DNA of 64,000 nt from an uncultured Prevotella sp. (GCF_937930345.1 NZ_CALGLB010000031.1), one strand, 5' to 3'. Positions 48,185 through 60,006 are shown, counted from the stretch's first letter. Numbers and translations are program-made. The notes: generated by a model not told the origin, from the letters alone.

Positions 48185-51100
48185 TTACAGTTTCAAACCT
48201 TTCGGTTTGCTTTCCTTTTGCAAATCACTCATGACATAGCCAGATTGCAGCTGCGGCTCCAGAGGCATCAGTTTTGTCCCGGTTCCTTCCTGCAAGGACG
48301 GTTTTTCTCCGTCGGGGACACTCTCGCTGGGTGGAGCCAGCTCCAGCTGTATCTTGCGGTCCAGTGCGGCGAGTTCTGATTTAAGCTGTTTCAGCTCGTC
48401 CTCCTTCTTCCATGTCTTTCCGGCTATCTCCTGCAACTGCGGGATTTCACGCTCCAGCGTGGCGATCTTTTCCTTGTACTGGTCGATGATGCCCGGTATC
48501 CTTTCCAGTGCGTTCAGGAAGTTCGTGGCGGCGGCATGTGTGTCAGCCATTGCCAGATGCCCGTTGTTGTAGGTGTACTTGTAATTGCCTTCTATGACAA
48601 AGCGGTTGTCGATAAACTCCAGACCTTCTTTGAGCGTCCTTTCGCTGACCACCTTGATGGGGAAGCCGTACAGTTCGCCTACACGCTTGTACTGTCCGCC
48701 GGTCGTGGCGTTCTTCGCTATCTCCTGCAGGCGTTTGCCGATGGATTTTTCATCCGTCTGTTCCAGCCCGTCCACCTGTATCGGATTCAGGCGGTTGCCG
48801 TCCTTGTCGGTCTGTGCCGCTGCCGTAAACTTATCCCAGTCTTCCGTCATACCCCTGGCTTTCTCTATCGAGTCGGACAATGTGGCGGTTTTGGATTCAA
48901 GTTTCCGTTCGGTTTCGCGTCTGCCCTTGTTGAACGATTTGCGTTCACCCTCCAGCGAGGCTATCTTCTTCTCCAGCTTCGCCTTCTCCAGCAGGTCGGT
49001 GTTTCCCGACAGTATCGCCATGTATTCCGAAAAATTCATGCCGGATTTCTCGTCCATCGCTCCCTCGTCTATGGTTCTTGCGCCCATCGCGCCGCTCTTC
49101 AGCTGACTGATGAACGTCTGCTTGCAGTGCAGCAGGTTGAACTTGTACGAGTCCAGCGACTTTTCCACCGCATAGATGATGACATCCACATTGTTGCCGG
49201 CAAAATGCTTGGCGATCTCGTTTCCCGCACGCACGCCACGCCCGTCACGCTGTGCAAGGTCGGACGGGCGCCACGGTGTGTCAAGATGATGGATGGCCAC
49301 ACATCGTTTCTGTGCGTTCACACCCGTACCCAGCATACTCGTCGAGCCGAACAGCACACGCACCGAACCTTCATTCATGGCGGCAATCACCGCCTTGCGT
49401 GCCTTTTCCGTCTTGCACTCCTGTATGAACCGGATTTCCTGTGCCGGTATGCCGTGGTCCTCCACTAATTTGCGCTTGATTTCGCTGTACACGTTCCAGC
49501 CTTCTCCCGTCTGGTATGTTCCCAGATCCGAAAACACGAACTGCGTTCCTTTCTGTGCTTCATACCTGTGGTAGTATTCCGCTATCATCCTTGCGCAGTG
49601 GCTCGCCTTGTTGTCCGGGTGGTCTTCATATTCCGGGTCTATCATGCGCATGTCCAGTGCCATCTTCCTTGCGTAGTCCGTGGCGATGAGCATCTTCGCC
49701 TTTTCCTCCGTTTCCGAAAGTTTTCCGCGTCCCAGCAGTGTGGCATCGCCCGTCTTGGCAAATTCCATCAGCTGTTTGATGAAATATTCCTGGTCGGGTG
49801 TGGGAGGTATGTTGTGCAGTATCTCGTTCTTGTGCGGACGGTCCACACCCACATCCTCCGCCGTGCGGTAGTCCGTTATCTCGTTGTAGAACGCCGCCAG
49901 CTCCGGCACTTTGATGAAGTAGCGGAAGCGTTCCTTCTGCACGATGTTGTTCGTCACATTGAACTCGAAATCCGTCGTCTTCTTGGCGAAGATTGCCGCC
50001 CATGCGTCAAAGCATCGGATGTCCTGTCTTTCCAGCTCCTTCGGACGCAGATACTTGAAAAGCAGGTACAGCTCCGTCAGCGAGTTGCTGATGGTCGTGC
50101 CCGACAGGAACGTCGCTCCCAGATCTTTTCCCGTCCGCTCCTGAATGGTGCGGATGGCAAACAGCAGGTTCAGTGCCTTCTGGCTGCCTTCCGAGTTTCC
50201 CAGACCCGCCACACGGTCATGCCTTGTGTTGAACGTCAGGTTCTTGAACTGGTGCGACTCGTCTATGAAAATATGGTCGATGCCCATCTGCCTGAAGTCC
50301 ACCACATCGTCCGTCCTCGACTTTATCGCGTGTTCCACCTTGTCCAGCTTGGCTTGCAGGTTGAACTTGCGTTTCTCCAGTCCTCTCAGCATCGCACGCG
50401 ACACGTCCTTGCCCTGCGAGCGCAGCACTTCCAGATTTTCCTCCACCGTATCCAGCTCTTCCTGCAGGATGCGTTGTTGCAGTTCCGGCGACTGCGGGAT
50501 TTTTCCGAACTGGTCGTGCGACATGATGATGCAGTCATAGTCATTATTCTTGATGTTGTTGAAGAACCGAACGCGGTTGGCAGCTGAAAAGTCCTTTTCC
50601 GAGGCATACAGGATACGTGCGTTCGGATAGGCCGTCTGATAGGTCGCCGCAATTTCGGAGACATTCGCCTTCAGCCCGATAATCATCGGTTTGTGGGCAA
50701 GCCGGAGACGTTTCATTTCATGTGCTGCGATGCACATTATCAGCGTCTTGCCGGTTCCAACCTCATGGTCGCAGATCCCGCCTCCGTTCTGTTTCAGCAT
50801 CCAGACACAATCCTTCTGCGATGGGTAGATGCTTTTCACGCCCCGGCTTTCCAGCCCCTTCATGTTCAGGTCGGGAAATGTCTGGTGCGAGCCGTCATAT
50901 TTCGGTCGAACGAAGCAGTTGAACTTCCGGTTATACATGGTCGTCAGACGCTCCTTGAACTGTGGCGACTGTTCCTCCAGCCACTCAGTAAAGCCGTTAC
51001 GGATTTCGTCAATCTTCGCGTTGGCGAGCTGGATGCCCTCGCTGTCGCGTGCCTTGATGTCGTTTCCGTTCTCGTCCTCGCCGACCTTCTTCATCATGTC

Positions 51101-54076
51101 GGGGCAGGTGTTGTGCAGGGCGTGTTTCAGCAGACTCATGCCGTCATAGTTCCGGTAATAGCCCTTTACACAGAACTCCTCCCATATTTTCATGTTCTTG
51201 TAGGCACATGCCACCGAAAACTCGTCAAGGCTCGGCGAATAGGAGATTTTCACTTCCGTGTCAAACAGATGGCTCATGTAGGCGGCATAGATGCCTGTCG
51301 GAATCCATCGCTCGCCGAAATTGAAGTCCAGTTCCTCAAAACCGATACGCTGCGGCGTGGCGGCTTTCAGGGCTTCAAGAGACTGCTCCGCATCCGCAAG
51401 CCGCTCATGTCCGGGATGGTCGTTTATCCATTCTTCCACACGCTCCGCCTTCTCTATCACGTTTCCGGCAATGAAACGGTCCTTTATCTCATAGCCCGAA
51501 ACAAGCGGGTTGTAATAGATACGTCCCTGCAGGGCTCCGAGCAGTTCCTCTTCCGTACTGTCGGTAATGGCACGCATGAAGTCGAGGTCTATGCCGCCAT
51601 ATCTGTTGAGCGAGGCGGACAGGGCTTCTTCGGGCGACCCGGCATTGACGTATGTTTCCACCGAAAAGGAAACGGGACGCTCGAAAATGTCCGCCTTCAC
51701 GAATTTCCCCTCTTCGGCACGTTCCAGTGCAAGGACGTCACGCCCGGAGGCATCCATCATCAGAAGTTTTGCATTCTGTCTGGCGTTCAGGTTGCCGTAA
51801 CGCATCACGAACTCGTCATAGGACACGTTCAGGTATTCACGCTGACGGCTGTCCTCCGTCCGGTTTTCCGCCTCATTCCGGTACAGGCGTTCATAGGCGT
51901 CACGGATGGATATATACAGCAGGGCCTTTTCCTTCTGGTAGCCTTTCAGGTCAAGCGGGTGGAAGGTGGCTCCATAGGGGGTGATGCCCCTCAGATACCC
52001 GACGGCGGTCCCTTCCGCCACCATTGAGCCGTCACGGTGATGGGCTTCCACCGTCCCGCTGTACGGGTGCGGTGTCAGGTCGGCAGCTTCCTCCTTGGCA
52101 GGTTTCGTATCATATTCCGGGAACAGCGAAGCGGAAGTTGTTCCCGTCTGTCCGGACTGTCCGGACGGATTCTCAGCCGTAGCGGTCATGCCTTCCGGCA
52201 ATGGGCTTTCATCTTCCGGCGCCTGTTTTGACCCGGGTGTCATGTCAGCCTGCTGCACCGGTCGGGAATCCGACGATGGCACAACCGCCGGGTCGAGGGT
52301 GTCTTTCATGCCGGACTTTGCGAGCAGTTCCTGTCTGTGTTTCTCCGCCTCATGCCTGAGCTGGATACGCACTTCGGGGGTAAGGTGCATCATGGTTTCG
52401 TAAAAACCGTTGATGGGCGGGTTCTCCTCCCAGTCTATATCCGCATATATGTCGTCCGGATGGGCTTGGGCTGCCGTTTCTTTGGCTTCCGCATCTTCCG
52501 TTTTTACATCTTCCGTCTTTTCGCCTTCAGTCTCCTTTTGCGGGGAAACGGCAGGTGCAGCCGCCGGTTCATCCGTAACCTTCGGCGTAACCTGTGCCTG
52601 TTTCTTGCCGTTCTTGTCCTTTGACTTGGCTGCGGACTTTTTCTTTTTGCCCGAAAGGGCCTGATTGCGTTCCTCTTCCGTATATTCCCACAGGTCAAAG
52701 AGTGTCAGCTGCACGGTTGGAGCCTGTTCCGGCTCATGCGTCCCGGTCTCCTGTCTTTCCGCAACCGGTTGTGCCTTTTCTTCTCTCGCTGCATCCCTGT
52801 TCTCCGGTTGCTGCCGGACGTGTTCTGGTTCGGGAACTGACCTTTCCGCCTTCACTGTTTCAGTTTCCGGTATGGAGATGCTCATGGCAGATTGTACGGT
52901 CTGTTCCGCCGCTGTCCTGCGTCCCTGATAAAGTTCCATGTCCAGACGTTTGCGCAAGTCCTCCGCAAGCATCCTGCCCAGGTCTGTCGCGATACCTTCC
53001 ACACCTCCGCTGTGCGTATATATCATGGCGGGTTTTCCGTACGGGTCGGTACCCCTCTTTGCATCGGTATGTACGATACGTTCCGTGTGGTAGGCGAAAT
53101 AGGCGTTCTCCGTCAGTCCGCCGTTATGTTCCGTCTGTATGATGGTCAGTACCCTCTCTTCCTGCGTCAGTTCCTTCTTTTGCAGGTCTTTTTGCAGGAT
53201 GATCAGGTCGCTGCCGGCTTCCGTACCCGCATTGTCGGTGAACAGGTTGTTGGGCAGGCGGATTGCCGATACCAGATTCGCCTTGCTGAACATCTCGTTC
53301 CTGACGGATACCTTCGAGCTGTTCAATACCCCCTGCGAGGTGATGAACGCCACGATGCCGCCGTCACGCACCGCATCCAGACCTTTCAGGAAGAAATAGT
53401 CATGGATGGCTTTCTGTGCCGAACGTCTGCCAAAGGATGCGCTGCGGCTGAACTCCGCATCGAACACTCCGAAATCCCCGAAAGGGATATTGGAGATGGC
53501 AAGGTCAAAATGGTTCAGAAACGGCTTTTCGATTTTCTCGAAACCCATCGTGCGGATTTTCTGTTCCGGGTAAAGACAGCCCAGCAGCTTGCCCGTCAGC
53601 AGGTCCTTCTCGAAAGCCATCACATCCGCCTGCGGCTGGTATTGCAGCACCGCATCCACGAAAGCACCCATACCGGCGGACGGTTCCAGTACGCGGTCGG
53701 GACGCACCTTGCGGTCATACAGGGCTTCCGTTATTGCACCCGTAATTTCCGCCGGCGTGTAGAATGCCGTCAGTACCGATGATTTCAGCGAGTCCACATA
53801 ACTTTTGTATTCCCTTTCATCCCGGCTGTTCTCACGGATCAGCCAGTGCAGTTCGATGGTCGGGGCAAACAGGTCGAGGTCAGATTTCGCCCAATGGACG
53901 GCATCCGTCAGTTCTCTGGCGGGATTCAGTATGCACTTCAGTCCCCCGAAGCCGCAATACCTTTCCAGCAGTACACGTTCACGCGCGGTGGGCGTGCGCT
54001 GTTCCTTCTCCAGTGTGAATGCCGTCCGTATCGCCTCGATGTTGTCGCGCAGTTTCTGCTTGCGGTTAAATGCCAT
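48185..54076 (-). CDS. N6-adenine DNA methyltransferase fused to an SNF2/DEAD-like helicase (1963 aa), CTn backbone protein
   Basis: SAM motif [11 protein letters not shown] and catalytic-type SNIPFG in the N-terminal 350 aa. An acidic/proline-rich low-complexity linker follows. Helicase motifs [20 protein letters not shown] and QRDGRGVR are present, with a coiled-coil C-terminus. Confidence 0.9.
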   Translation of the reverse strand: MAFNRKQKLRDNIEAIRTAFTLEKEQRTPTARERVLLERYCGFGGLKCILNPARELTDAVHWAKSDLDLFAPTIELHWLIRENSRDEREYKSYVDSLKSSVLTAFYTPAEITGAITEALYDRKVRPDRVLEPSAGMGAFVDAVLQYQPQADVMAFEKDLLTGKLLGCLYPEQKIRTMGFEKIEKPFLNHFDLAISNIPFGDFGVFDAEFSRSASFGRRSAQKAIHDYFFLKGLDAVRDGGIVAFITSQGVLNSSKVSVRNEMFSKANLVSAIRLPNNLFTDNAGTEAGSDLIILQKDLQKKELTQEERVLTIIQTEHNGGLTENAYFAYHTERIVHTDAKRGTDPYGKPAMIYTHSGGVEGIATDLGRMLAEDLRKRLDMELYQGRRTAAEQTVQSAMSISIPETETVKAERSVPEPEHVRQQPENRDAAREEKAQPVAERQETGTHEPEQAPTVQLTLFDLWEYTEEERNQALSGKKKKSAAKSKDKNGKKQAQVTPKVTDEPAAAPAVSPQKETEGEKTEDVKTEDAEAKETAAQAHPDDIYADIDWEENPPINGFYETMMHLTPEVRIQLRHEAEKHRQELLAKSGMKDTLDPAVVPSSDSRPVQQADMTPGSKQAPEDESPLPEGMTATAENPSGQSGQTGTTSASLFPEYDTKPAKEEAADLTPHPYSGTVEAHHRDGSMVAEGTAVGYLRGITPYGATFHPLDLKGYQKEKALLYISIRDAYERLYRNEAENRTEDSRQREYLNVSYDEFVMRYGNLNARQNAKLLMMDASGRDVLALERAEEGKFVKADIFERPVSFSVETYVNAGSPEEALSASLNRYGGIDLDFMRAITDSTEEELLGALQGRIYYNPLVSGYEIKDRFIAGNVIEKAERVEEWINDHPGHERLADAEQSLEALKAATPQRIGFEELDFNFGERWIPTGIYAAYMSHLFDTEVKISYSPSLDEFSVACAYKNMKIWEEFCVKGYYRNYDGMSLLKHALHNTCPDMMKKVGEDENGNDIKARDSEGIQLANAKIDEIRNGFTEWLEEQSPQFKERLTTMYNRKFNCFVRPKYDGSHQTFPDLNMKGLESRGVKSIYPSQKDCVWMLKQNGGGICDHEVGTGKTLIMCIAAHEMKRLRLAHKPMIIGLKANVSEIAATYQTAYPNARILYASEKDFSAANRVRFFNNIKNNDYDCIIMSHDQFGKIPQSPELQQRILQEELDTVEENLEVLRSQGKDVSRAMLRGLEKRKFNLQAKLDKVEHAIKSRTDDVVDFRQMGIDHIFIDESHQFKNLTFNTRHDRVAGLGNSEGSQKALNLLFAIRTIQERTGKDLGATFLSGTTISNSLTELYLLFKYLRPKELERQDIRCFDAWAAIFAKKTTDFEFNVTNNIVQKERFRYFIKVPELAAFYNEITDYRTAEDVGVDRPHKNEILHNIPPTPDQEYFIKQLMEFAKTGDATLLGRGKLSETEEKAKMLIATDYARKMALDMRMIDPEYEDHPDNKASHCARMIAEYYHRYEAQKGTQFVFSDLGTYQTGEGWNVYSEIKRKLVEDHGIPAQEIRFIQECKTEKARKAVIAAMNEGSVRVLFGSTSMLGTGVNAQKRCVAIHHLDTPWRPSDLAQRDGRGVRAGNEIAKHFAGNNVDVIIYAVEKSLDSYKFNLLHCKQTFISQLKSGAMGARTIDEGAMDEKSGMNFSEYMAILSGNTDLLEKAKLEKKIASLEGERKSFNKGRRETERKLESKTATLSDSIEKARGMTEDWDKFTAAAQTDKDGNRLNPIQVDGLEQTDEKSIGKRLQEIAKNATTGGQYKRVGELYGFPIKVVSERTLKEGLEFIDNRFVIEGNYKYTYNNGHLAMADTHAAATNFLNALERIPGIIDQYKEKIATLEREIPQLQEIAGKTWKKEDELKQLKSELAALDRKIQLELAPPSESVPDGEKPSLQEGTGTKLMPLEPQLQSGYVMSDLQKESKPKGLKL

Positions 54077-54512
54077 ACTCCCTCAGGTAAAGGACGACGG
54101 CTCCCGTCAGCTCCGTATAGAGCAGGTCATAGTCGGACGACAGGGCGAACTGGTCGTCTGACAGGTCGTAAATGGAGAATACGTTGCCCACAAGCGGCAG
54201 CAGTTTCTCTACGAAGCCCTCACGCGCGTCTTCCGGAATCTCTTCATGAAACTCGCTTTCCACGACTTCACGCAGGATGGCGTATCGGGAATAGTGCAGG
54301 CCGTGGACGAGTGCGGACATGGCAATCTCCTGCGCACCGTCGGGAGTGTACCCCTCAAGCCTTGCACGCTCATAGGCTTCTGCGGCTTCATCGGCACGCG
54401 CCTTCACGAAGGCGGCATCGGAAGCCTGTTCAAACTTGTTTTCCTTGAGATAGTTCAGCAGATACAGACCGTAATAGGAAAGTTCGGTCTGTTCAAGATT
54501 CTTCTTGTTCAT
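54066..54512 (-). CDS. DUF1896-like CTn protein
   Basis: The pattern [27 protein letters not shown]... and its position between Topo III and the methylase-helicase are typical of Bacteroides CTns. Start set at 54512. Confidence 0.65.
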   Translation of the reverse strand: MNKKNLEQTELSYYGLYLLNYLKENKFEQASDAAFVKARADEAAEAYERARLEGYTPDGAQEIAMSALVHGLHYSRYAILREVVESEFHEEIPEDAREGFVEKLLPLVGNVFSIYDLSDDQFALSSDYDLLYTELTGAVVLYLREYGI

Positions 54513-54739
54513 TTTTACAATGGATTTAGTGATTTGACAAATGTCCGGATATACGGGGAAGGGGAAGAAAAAGGCACCCGGTATCCCTCCGAGTGCCACC
54601 ACTAAATCCAAAGTCTTGATCAGTATGATGATTTATGAACCTTGAATCAGTGGCAAAGGTAGTCCAATCCGGATGAAATACGAAATAATTTCCGCTGATA
54701 ATTCATCCGAAAGGCGGATTACCCCTTACTTCCCATTCC

Positions 54740-56830
54740 TCACTTTCTCTTTTTTGCGGATGCCGCACCGTCCTTTCTCTCCGGAAAGACAAAACCGGTG
54801 TTGAAGTCGGCATCAAAGACCAGGGCGGCATCGAAACGCTTGCCCTGCTTGTTCTTGAATCCCTTCAGGACACCCGTCTTTCCCTTTGTCAGCAGTTCCC
54901 TGATTTCATCGTCGGTAAGCATCCTGTTGGCTTTCAGCCTGAATATGGGCAGGCCGCATTCCGTGTTGTCGCATCGTACCACCTTGCCGAAGAACTGCAT
55001 CCTGCCCGTTCCGCACTTGGGACACGTGCAGCCGGAATCCTTTTTCCCGAACAGCTTTTCGCACGACAGCAGTTCGGAGGTGATGGACGTCGCATATTCC
55101 TCAATCTCCTTGCGGAACTTTCCGGCGGGTACCTCTCCGCGTTCGATGCACGCCAGTTCCTTTTCCCATTCGCCGGTCATGGCTACGTCGGCAATGCGCA
55201 TGGTCTTGACAATGGAATAGAGGGCAAGCCCTTTTTCTGTGGGCACAAGGCATTTTTTCTGCCTTGTCACATATTCGCGGGCAAAGAGCGTTTCAATGAC
55301 GGAGGCACGGGTGGCGGGGGTTCCGATACCGCAGTCCTTCAGTGCCTGACGCAGTTCCTCGTCTTCGATTTCCCTGCCGGCCGTTTCCATCGCCGAGAGC
55401 AGGGTGGCTTCCGTATGGAGGGGCTTGGGCTTGGTCTTTCCTTCCGTCATGGAACAGCCGCTTAGGTGCAGCAGTTCCCCTTCTTTCCAGTCCGGAAGTA
55501 TCGTCTCTTCCTGTTCTTCCTTGCAGACGGCACGCCATCCGGCCTGTTTCACTACATGACCTTTGGCTGAGAACACCACACCGGAACATTCCACCGTGAC
55601 GGCTGTCACGTCCTTCACGCATTTTTCCGAAAAGGCTTCTATCATGCGTCCCGCTATCAGATGGTACACCTTGCTTTCATCTTCGGAGAGGAACAGGGGC
55701 TTTTCTCCCGTAACCAGCAGTGCATGATGGTCTGTCACCTTGCTGTCATCAACGCTTCTTCGGGTAGGCTCCGGCTTTTGCGGGACCTTGCCGCTCCATT
55801 GTGAGAGCCTGCTGATAAAAGCCAGCAGTTTCGGTATTTCCGCAAAGACATCTTCCGGGATGTATCGGCTGCCGGTTCGGGGATAGGTGACGAGTTTCTT
55901 CTCATAAAGTTTCTGCGTGATGTCGAGTGTCTGCTCTGCAGTGAACCCGTACTTCGTGTTCGCATCCTTCTGGAGTGTGGTCAGGTCATACAGAAGCGGT
56001 GTTTCTTCGATTTTCTCTTTTCGTTCGACTTTCACGACAGTAGCCGTGTTGCTCTCCTTTACATTATTATATAGGGCTGTTGCGGTTGCCTTGTCCTTCC
56101 ATTTCTCCACCGACGGCATTTTCACGACTCCGTCACTGTCCTGTACCTTTGCCGAGATATGCAGCTGCCAGAAGGTTTCGGGGGTGAAACGGCGGTTTTC
56201 CCAATAGCGCTCACAGATCATCGCCAGTGTCGGCGTCTGGACACGTCCCACCGAGTAGGTTCCGCGTCCGGCTGCGATGGACAGTGCCTGTGTTCCGTTT
56301 ATCCCCACCAGCCAGTCGGCTTCACTTCGGGCTTTGGCGGCATGGTAAAGGTTGTCATACATGCTTCCGTCTTCAAGATGTTTCAGTCCCTCACGGATAG
56401 CCTTGTCCGTCAGGCTGCTTATCCACAGACGCACGAACGGGACCGTACAGCCGATATAATGATAGAGGTATCGGAATATCAGCTCACCTTCGCGGCCGGC
56501 ATCGGTCGCCACAATAATCTGCTCGCTGTCCTTGAACAGTCTGGTGATGATTTTTATCTGGGCGACCAAGCTGCTGTCCGCCTTGTATCCTTTTTCCGTC
56601 CTTACCTGTCGGGGAACAAGCGTGAAGGTTTCGGGAATGATGGGCAGATTGCTGCGTACAAAGCCGTGCAGGTTGTATTCTTCCGGCATGGCGGGCTGGA
56701 CAAGATGTCCGAATGCCCATGTCACATTATAACCGTTTCCGGTCAGATAACCTTCCTCTCGCTTGCCGGCACCCACGATGCGGGCAATTTCACGTGCCAC
56801 ACTGGGCTTTTCTGCTATGATTGTTTTCAT
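54740..56830 (-). CDS. topB: DNA topoisomerase III (type IA)
   Basis: TOPRIM N-terminus MKTIIAEKPSVAREIA, DAGREGE, the active-site region YPRTGSRY, and a C-terminal zinc ribbon CPKCGTG...CDNTEC. Confidence 0.9.
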   Translation of the reverse strand: MKTIIAEKPSVAREIARIVGAGKREEGYLTGNGYNVTWAFGHLVQPAMPEEYNLHGFVRSNLPIIPETFTLVPRQVRTEKGYKADSSLVAQIKIITRLFKDSEQIIVATDAGREGELIFRYLYHYIGCTVPFVRLWISSLTDKAIREGLKHLEDGSMYDNLYHAAKARSEADWLVGINGTQALSIAAGRGTYSVGRVQTPTLAMICERYWENRRFTPETFWQLHISAKVQDSDGVVKMPSVEKWKDKATATALYNNVKESNTATVVKVERKEKIEETPLLYDLTTLQKDANTKYGFTAEQTLDITQKLYEKKLVTYPRTGSRYIPEDVFAEIPKLLAFISRLSQWSGKVPQKPEPTRRSVDDSKVTDHHALLVTGEKPLFLSEDESKVYHLIAGRMIEAFSEKCVKDVTAVTVECSGVVFSAKGHVVKQAGWRAVCKEEQEETILPDWKEGELLHLSGCSMTEGKTKPKPLHTEATLLSAMETAGREIEDEELRQALKDCGIGTPATRASVIETLFAREYVTRQKKCLVPTEKGLALYSIVKTMRIADVAMTGEWEKELACIERGEVPAGKFRKEIEEYATSITSELLSCEKLFGKKDSGCTCPKCGTGRMQFFGKVVRCDNTECGLPIFRLKANRMLTDDEIRELLTKGKTGVLKGFKNKQGKRFDAALVFDADFNTGFVFPERKDGAASAKKRK

Positions 56831-56885
56831 ACTGATTTGTTTTTATTCTGTTTTTTATGTTTTTGGATTTAGTGGTGTGTGGGGA

Positions 56886-58439
56886 CTATACTTTCATGCC
56901 TTTGTTTTTCTTGGGCTTTTCCTGCTGCTGCTTCTGTGCGTCATCCTTCGGGGCTGACTGTCCCTGCTGCAGCGGCTCCTTGATGTTCTTGGTCGCTTCG
57001 TTCGTCTTGCCCTCGCTGTTTACGGCTACCTGTGTCCGGCTTTCGTTCGACGGGGCGACTTTCTGGGCATTGTCCGGATTTTCATCGTAGCGGTACGGGC
57101 GTCCCTTTTCCGGATTGAACTTGACATACATGATGGCGTGCTGCCCCTGCTTGTCCGTCACGTTCTCCAGTCTGATGGTCTTGCCTGCCTTGTAGTCCGC
57201 CTGCTGCTGTTCCGTCAGGGGCTTGCCGCACCATTTGGTGATGCCGCGGATACTGCCGTCCTCGTTCGTCCATGTGTTTCTTTTCTGCTGCTTCGCATCC
57301 TGCTTTTCAGCGTCGTTCATGTCCGGTTTCAGTTCCGGCAGTTCCGTGTTTTCCTGTTTCTGTACGGTACGCGGGGACTTTCCGGTGCCCGGCACGAACT
57401 CGACTCCGCGCTGTTCCATATTCACCTGCAGGGTCGTTACGAACTTCCTTCCGTCATTGCGTTCCACCAGCTTGTCTTTTACCGGCAGCCCCGCACGGAG
57501 CATTTCCTGCTCCTGTTTGGTGATTTCCGTCTTTCCGATTCTTTCCGGTATGCGTACCTTGCTGGCAGGGACATCGGTGATTTCGTTCGTCTTGCGGTCA
57601 ATGCTGATGTACGAGGGGATAATCTCTCCGGTTTCCTTGTCCACAAGGTCAATCACACGCCCCATGTTGCCGGTAGCCTTCAGGTTCCTTTTGTCGTATT
57701 CCGAGAACTTGTGTCCTTTGTATTCGTCAAGTTTCTGTTCCTTGCGGATGAAATGCGGTACAAGACCGATGCTGCCGTCCTCGTTTTTCCTGAATGACAG
57801 GCGGGCGTCCAGTTCAAAGGTTTCCTCCCCGAACTTTGGGGACACTTTCACCAGATCCGACTTGCCGTAGTTGAGCATCTTCTGCAGGTCACCGGACTTT
57901 TCAAGCTCCTCACGGTCGATGCCCCATTTCTCTTTCAGTTCCTGCCAGTTGATTGAACTCTCGTCAATGGGCTGGTAGCCTTGTCGGGTCTGAGGCTTTT
58001 CCTGCGTTTTTTCCTGTTTCTGTTCCATGTTTTCCTGTTTTTGGGTTTCACCCTGTTCCTCTTTCTTCTCTTTTTTCTCTTCTTCCGCCTGCATCTGATA
58101 GGGGAATGTGTCCACCTTGTGCGGGGCAAGGATGTCCTTGTTCTGATAGGGATGCTGCAGCAGGTCCTTCATCACTCCCAGGAGCGAATCCACCTGATCC
58201 GCCGCTATGCGGTAGAAACCGAAGCGGCTGGGTTCCTTGCATTGCCGGAAGAAGTTTTTGAAAAAGTTGTCGAGCATGTCGCCATGCTTGTCGAACAGTA
58301 GAAAATCCTTTGCGTTGTCCAGCCTTGCCGGAGTCCGCTTGGGCGAGCCGTCCGCATTAAGGCCGGCTACCACGCTGATTTCACCCGTCTTTTCATCACG
58401 GACTATCAGCACGTCCTTTTCGTCGCTTTTCTTTGCCAT
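56886..58439 (-). CDS. DUF4099/DUF3945-like CTn protein with a KE-rich low-complexity linker
   Basis: The N-terminus MAKKSDEKDVLIVRDEKTGEISVVAGLNADGSPKRTP and its position next to Topo III are as in Bacteroides CTns. Confidence 0.6.
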   Translation of the reverse strand: MAKKSDEKDVLIVRDEKTGEISVVAGLNADGSPKRTPARLDNAKDFLLFDKHGDMLDNFFKNFFRQCKEPSRFGFYRIAADQVDSLLGVMKDLLQHPYQNKDILAPHKVDTFPYQMQAEEEKKEKKEEQGETQKQENMEQKQEKTQEKPQTRQGYQPIDESSINWQELKEKWGIDREELEKSGDLQKMLNYGKSDLVKVSPKFGEETFELDARLSFRKNEDGSIGLVPHFIRKEQKLDEYKGHKFSEYDKRNLKATGNMGRVIDLVDKETGEIIPSYISIDRKTNEITDVPASKVRIPERIGKTEITKQEQEMLRAGLPVKDKLVERNDGRKFVTTLQVNMEQRGVEFVPGTGKSPRTVQKQENTELPELKPDMNDAEKQDAKQQKRNTWTNEDGSIRGITKWCGKPLTEQQQADYKAGKTIRLENVTDKQGQHAIMYVKFNPEKGRPYRYDENPDNAQKVAPSNESRTQVAVNSEGKTNEATKNIKEPLQQGQSAPKDDAQKQQQEKPKKNKGMKV

Positions 58440-58457
58440 TTGAATAATTTTTAATTG

Positions 58458-58814
58458 TTATTTATTAAAGAAATTATGGATACGAGCCTTGTAGAACTCG
58501 ACATCGTCCTTCTGGAAGTCCTTTACGTGTTCCGACAGGAATTTCAGCACGTCATCTTCGCTGTAATAGGTCTTCTTGCCCAGTATCTTGTAGGGCAAGG
58601 CTCCCGTGCTGCGGTAGCGTTGCAGTGACCGTTTGCTTATCTGGAGCAGCAGGCACAGGTCCTGGTTGTCAAAGAGCCGTATCTTGTCCGGCATGTGTTC
58701 CCGTTTTTCCGGTGCTTTCAGGGCAAGCAGCATCTCGTCCTGACGTTCAAGCCTTTCAAGGATGGTTCCCATCCACTGCTCAAACAGTTTCTTTGTCAGC
58801 AGTTCCATGTTCAT
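58458..58814 (-). CDS. helix-turn-helix (excisionase/MerR-like HTH_17) protein
   Basis: ...LFDNQDLCLLLQISKRSLQRYRSTGALPYKILGKKTYYSEDDVLKFL. Confidence 0.65.
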   Translation of the reverse strand: MNMELLTKKLFEQWMGTILERLERQDEMLLALKAPEKREHMPDKIRLFDNQDLCLLLQISKRSLQRYRSTGALPYKILGKKTYYSEDDVLKFLSEHVKDFQKDDVEFYKARIHNFFNK

Positions 58815-59173
58815 GTCCTCCTTCCTTTCGGCTGCCTGCCGTTTCCGGTGGGCAGTCTGCTGTTATGGTGCAGTTCTTCGAGTGTCCTGCCGTCCTCCCG
58901 GATGGTATGGGAGTCAAGAATCCTCCGGATTTCCGAGAGCCTGTACTGGCATTTGCGCCGCAGGACCACGTATCTGATACGGTGATCATCCCTCATGCGC
59001 TGCAAGGTCCGCTTGCTTACGCCCAGTTCTCTGGCGGCTTCATTCGTGTCGAGAAGCCTGTCCGTATTTTCACGTTTCATCGCCTCCCTGATTTCACGGA
59101 CATAGCCGGCCACTTCTGCTATCTGTTCCATCATTGCCTTGTATGCGGAACTTTCCATCGTTATCACTTTCAT
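58811..59173 (-). CDS. helix-turn-helix (excisionase/MerR-like HTH_17) protein
   Basis: ...LLDTNEAARELGVSKRTLQRMRDDHRIRYVVLRRKCQYRLSEIRRIL. Start set at MKVITM. Its stop overlaps the next gene's start (ATGA). Confidence 0.65.
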   Translation of the reverse strand: MKVITMESSAYKAMMEQIAEVAGYVREIREAMKRENTDRLLDTNEAARELGVSKRTLQRMRDDHRIRYVVLRRKCQYRLSEIRRILDSHTIREDGRTLEELHHNSRLPTGNGRQPKGRRT

Positions 59174-59379
59174 GTTCTGTCTTTTTTTCTTGTTCCTGCG
59201 GCAAAGTTCAGCAATAAACAAAAGGGGCTTTAACAACTCACTACGTGGCTCACGTGAGATTTTTTTGAGAAATGGCTCCGTTACCCGGACAAACGGCGCA
59301 ACAAGTTGCCAGTTAGCGGAATATGGAATCTTTTTCCGCCTGCGTCGTTACCTTTGCACGGAACTAAAATCAAATTCTT

Positions 59380-59673
59380 ATGGAAACGGTATCTATTGAG
59401 AAAAAGACCTTCGAGGAACTGATGGCGCAGTGGGACGCCTTTGTGGAAAAAGTGACCGCCTTGCAGCGCAAGGGGGACGGGAAACGCCTTGCCCGTTGGC
59501 TCACGGGCGACGAAGTGTGTAACCGGTTACGGATAAGCCAGCGCACCTTGCAGAAACTGCGTGACAAGGGATTCATCGGCTATTCACAGATCGGGCACAA
59601 GTTCTTTTACAAGCCGGAAGAGGTCAAGCGGCTGATTCCGCTTGTAGGCATAATCCACCCCGGCGGCAAATAA
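59380..59673 (+). CDS. helix-turn-helix (excisionase/MerR-like HTH_17) protein
   Basis: ...LTGDEVCNRLRISQRTLQKLRDKGFIGYSQIGHKFFYKPEEVKRLI. Confidence 0.65.
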   Translation: METVSIEKKTFEELMAQWDAFVEKVTALQRKGDGKRLARWLTGDEVCNRLRISQRTLQKLRDKGFIGYSQIGHKFFYKPEEVKRLIPLVGIIHPGGK

Positions 59674-59703
59674 CCGAATATTCACCACTAAATCCGAAGT
59701 AAC

Positions 59704-60006
59704 ATGAACGAGAACAATGAAATCATCACGATGGAAGACGAAAAGGTCGCTTCCATATTGCAGAAAATGAAAAAAAGCTCCAGATGGCTCAGCGGGTTTC
59801 TGGAGAGTTACCGCCCGCCGCTTGACGGTGAGGTGTACCTGACGGACAAGGAAGTGGCAGACCTTTTACGGGTAAGCCGCCGTACTCTTCAGGAATACCG
59901 TAACGAACGGCTGCTGCCTTATATCATTTTAGGCGGAAAGGCACTGTATCCCGAATCGGGACTGCGTGAGGTACTGGAAGCGAACTATCGGAAGCCTTTC
60001 AGATAG
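59704..60006 (+). CDS. helix-turn-helix (excisionase/MerR-like HTH_17) protein
   Basis: ...LTDKEVADLLRVSRRTLQEYRNERLLPYIILGGKALYPESGLREVL. Confidence 0.65.
   Translation: MNENNEIITMEDEKVASILQKMKKSSRWLSGFLESYRPPLDGEVYLTDKEVADLLRVSRRTLQEYRNERLLPYIILGGKALYPESGLREVLEANYRKPFR

Noticed and set aside
48536-53782. Chain of long plus-strand ORFs (310, 339, 444, 296 aa and others) opposite the methylase-helicase gene
   Set aside because: All lie antisense to a 1963-aa ORF with unmistakable methyltransferase and helicase motifs. Their products are Arg/Val/Leu/His-rich with no motifs, so they are GC-driven shadow ORFs.
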